Assembly: GCA_964035545.1 (NCBI GenBank)
Contig: CAXIUT010000230.1
Span: 1,302,001 to 1,366,000 of the forward strand
From: Bugula neritina
Lineage: Eukaryota; Animalia; Bryozoa
Reading direction: 5' to 3'
DNA: 64,000 nt
The position numbers were made by a program, and so were the translations under genes. Of this stretch, positions 63,561-64,000 are shown piece after piece (within the stretch, counting starts at the first letter, position 1; every line of letters starts with the position of its first letter). The notes under the pieces were generated by a model, which had not been told where the DNA came from, did no database searches, and worked only from the letters and a program-made list of their open reading frames with translations.

Positions 63561-64000
63561 ACATAGTGCAACATACTGAAATACACAGTTATATATTGAA
63601 ATACACTGCGACACATTGAAATATACTGCAACATACTGAAATATACTGCAAGATACTGCAACATACTGAAATAGACTGTGACATACTGAAATACACTGCA
63701 CAATACTGCAAGAAACTGCAACGTACTGAAATACACCGTAACATATTGAAATACACTGCATCATACTGCAACATACTCACATACACTGGAACATATTTAT
63801 ATACACTGCAACACATTGAAATATACTGCAACACGCGGAACCATTCAGCAACATACCGAAATATACTGCGACACAGTGAAAAATACGGCAACATACTGAA
63901 ATATACTGCAAATGATGCACATACTGAAATACAATGTGACACACTGAAATACACTGCAACATACTGCAACATACTGCAACATACTGAAATACACTGTAAC

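Larger units (their letters stand above)
1..64000. repeat. Tandem satellite DNA array, 10-bp monomer (ACTGCAACAT / ACTGAAATAC / ACTGAAATAT), single orientation, likely extending beyond both window ends
   Basis: Every line is a succession of 10-bp variants of CATACTGCAA, CATACTGAAA, TACACTGCAA and TATACTGCAA. The 10-nt display columns stay in register for hundreds of bp and shift only at rare 9-bp monomers. The plus strand is A/C-rich and G-poor throughout, and no reverse-orientation block was seen. Confidence 0.99.

Noticed and set aside
1-64000. CRISPR array or a repeat-spacer/cassette system
   Set aside because: There are no unique spacers: the sequence between landmark motifs is itself made of the same 10-mers. 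No cas or recombinase gene is present.
1-64000. Telomeric repeat array
   Set aside because: The G/T-rich strand lacks the GG/GGG runs typical of telomerase repeats. Multi-level higher-order structure with inherited variants indicates recombinational amplification rather than templated addition.
1-64000. Synthetic or simulated sequence, or pure sequencing artefact
   Set aside because: Nested duplications with inherited variants, transition bias, conversion-like tracts and a divergence gradient are characteristic of natural satellite evolution. Individual near-identical blocks could still be mis-assembled.
1-64000. Assignment to a named satellite family or species
   Set aside because: I do not recognise it with confidence. 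A BLASTn, Dfam or Repbase search with the 258-bp unit would be needed.

Overview
The whole 64 kb window is one uninterrupted, single-orientation tandem satellite array. I found no unique sequence, transposon, RNA gene or credible CDS. It is built from about 6,400 monomers of 10 bp in two classes, X = ACTGCAACAT and Y = ACTGAAATA(C/T). The hierarchy runs from the 10-bp monomer, through XY/XXY/XXXY words (20-40 bp) and a 26-monomer unit of 258/259 bp marked by the 9-bp monomer GTGGTGCAA, to ~1.0-1.5 kb higher-order repeats and multi-kb block duplications (offsets 2024, 3550, 4428, 5094, 5932, 8310, 18160 and ~20,050-20,094 bp). Two sub-domains with different diagnostic variants meet at ~20.36 kb, and the last ~1.7 kb is more diverged. 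The most notable feature is that the monomer is a cryptic palindrome: the minus strand (CAGUAUGUUG)n is fully self-complementary if G-U/G-T wobble is allowed, and the plus strand is not. All Cys/Tyr/Val-rich ORFs in the track are translation artefacts of the repeat. The architecture is typical of eukaryotic (peri)centromeric or heterochromatic satellite, but I cannot identify the organism or family from the sequence. Block boundaries were read by eye and are approximate (tens of bp); offsets were checked on landmark motifs.
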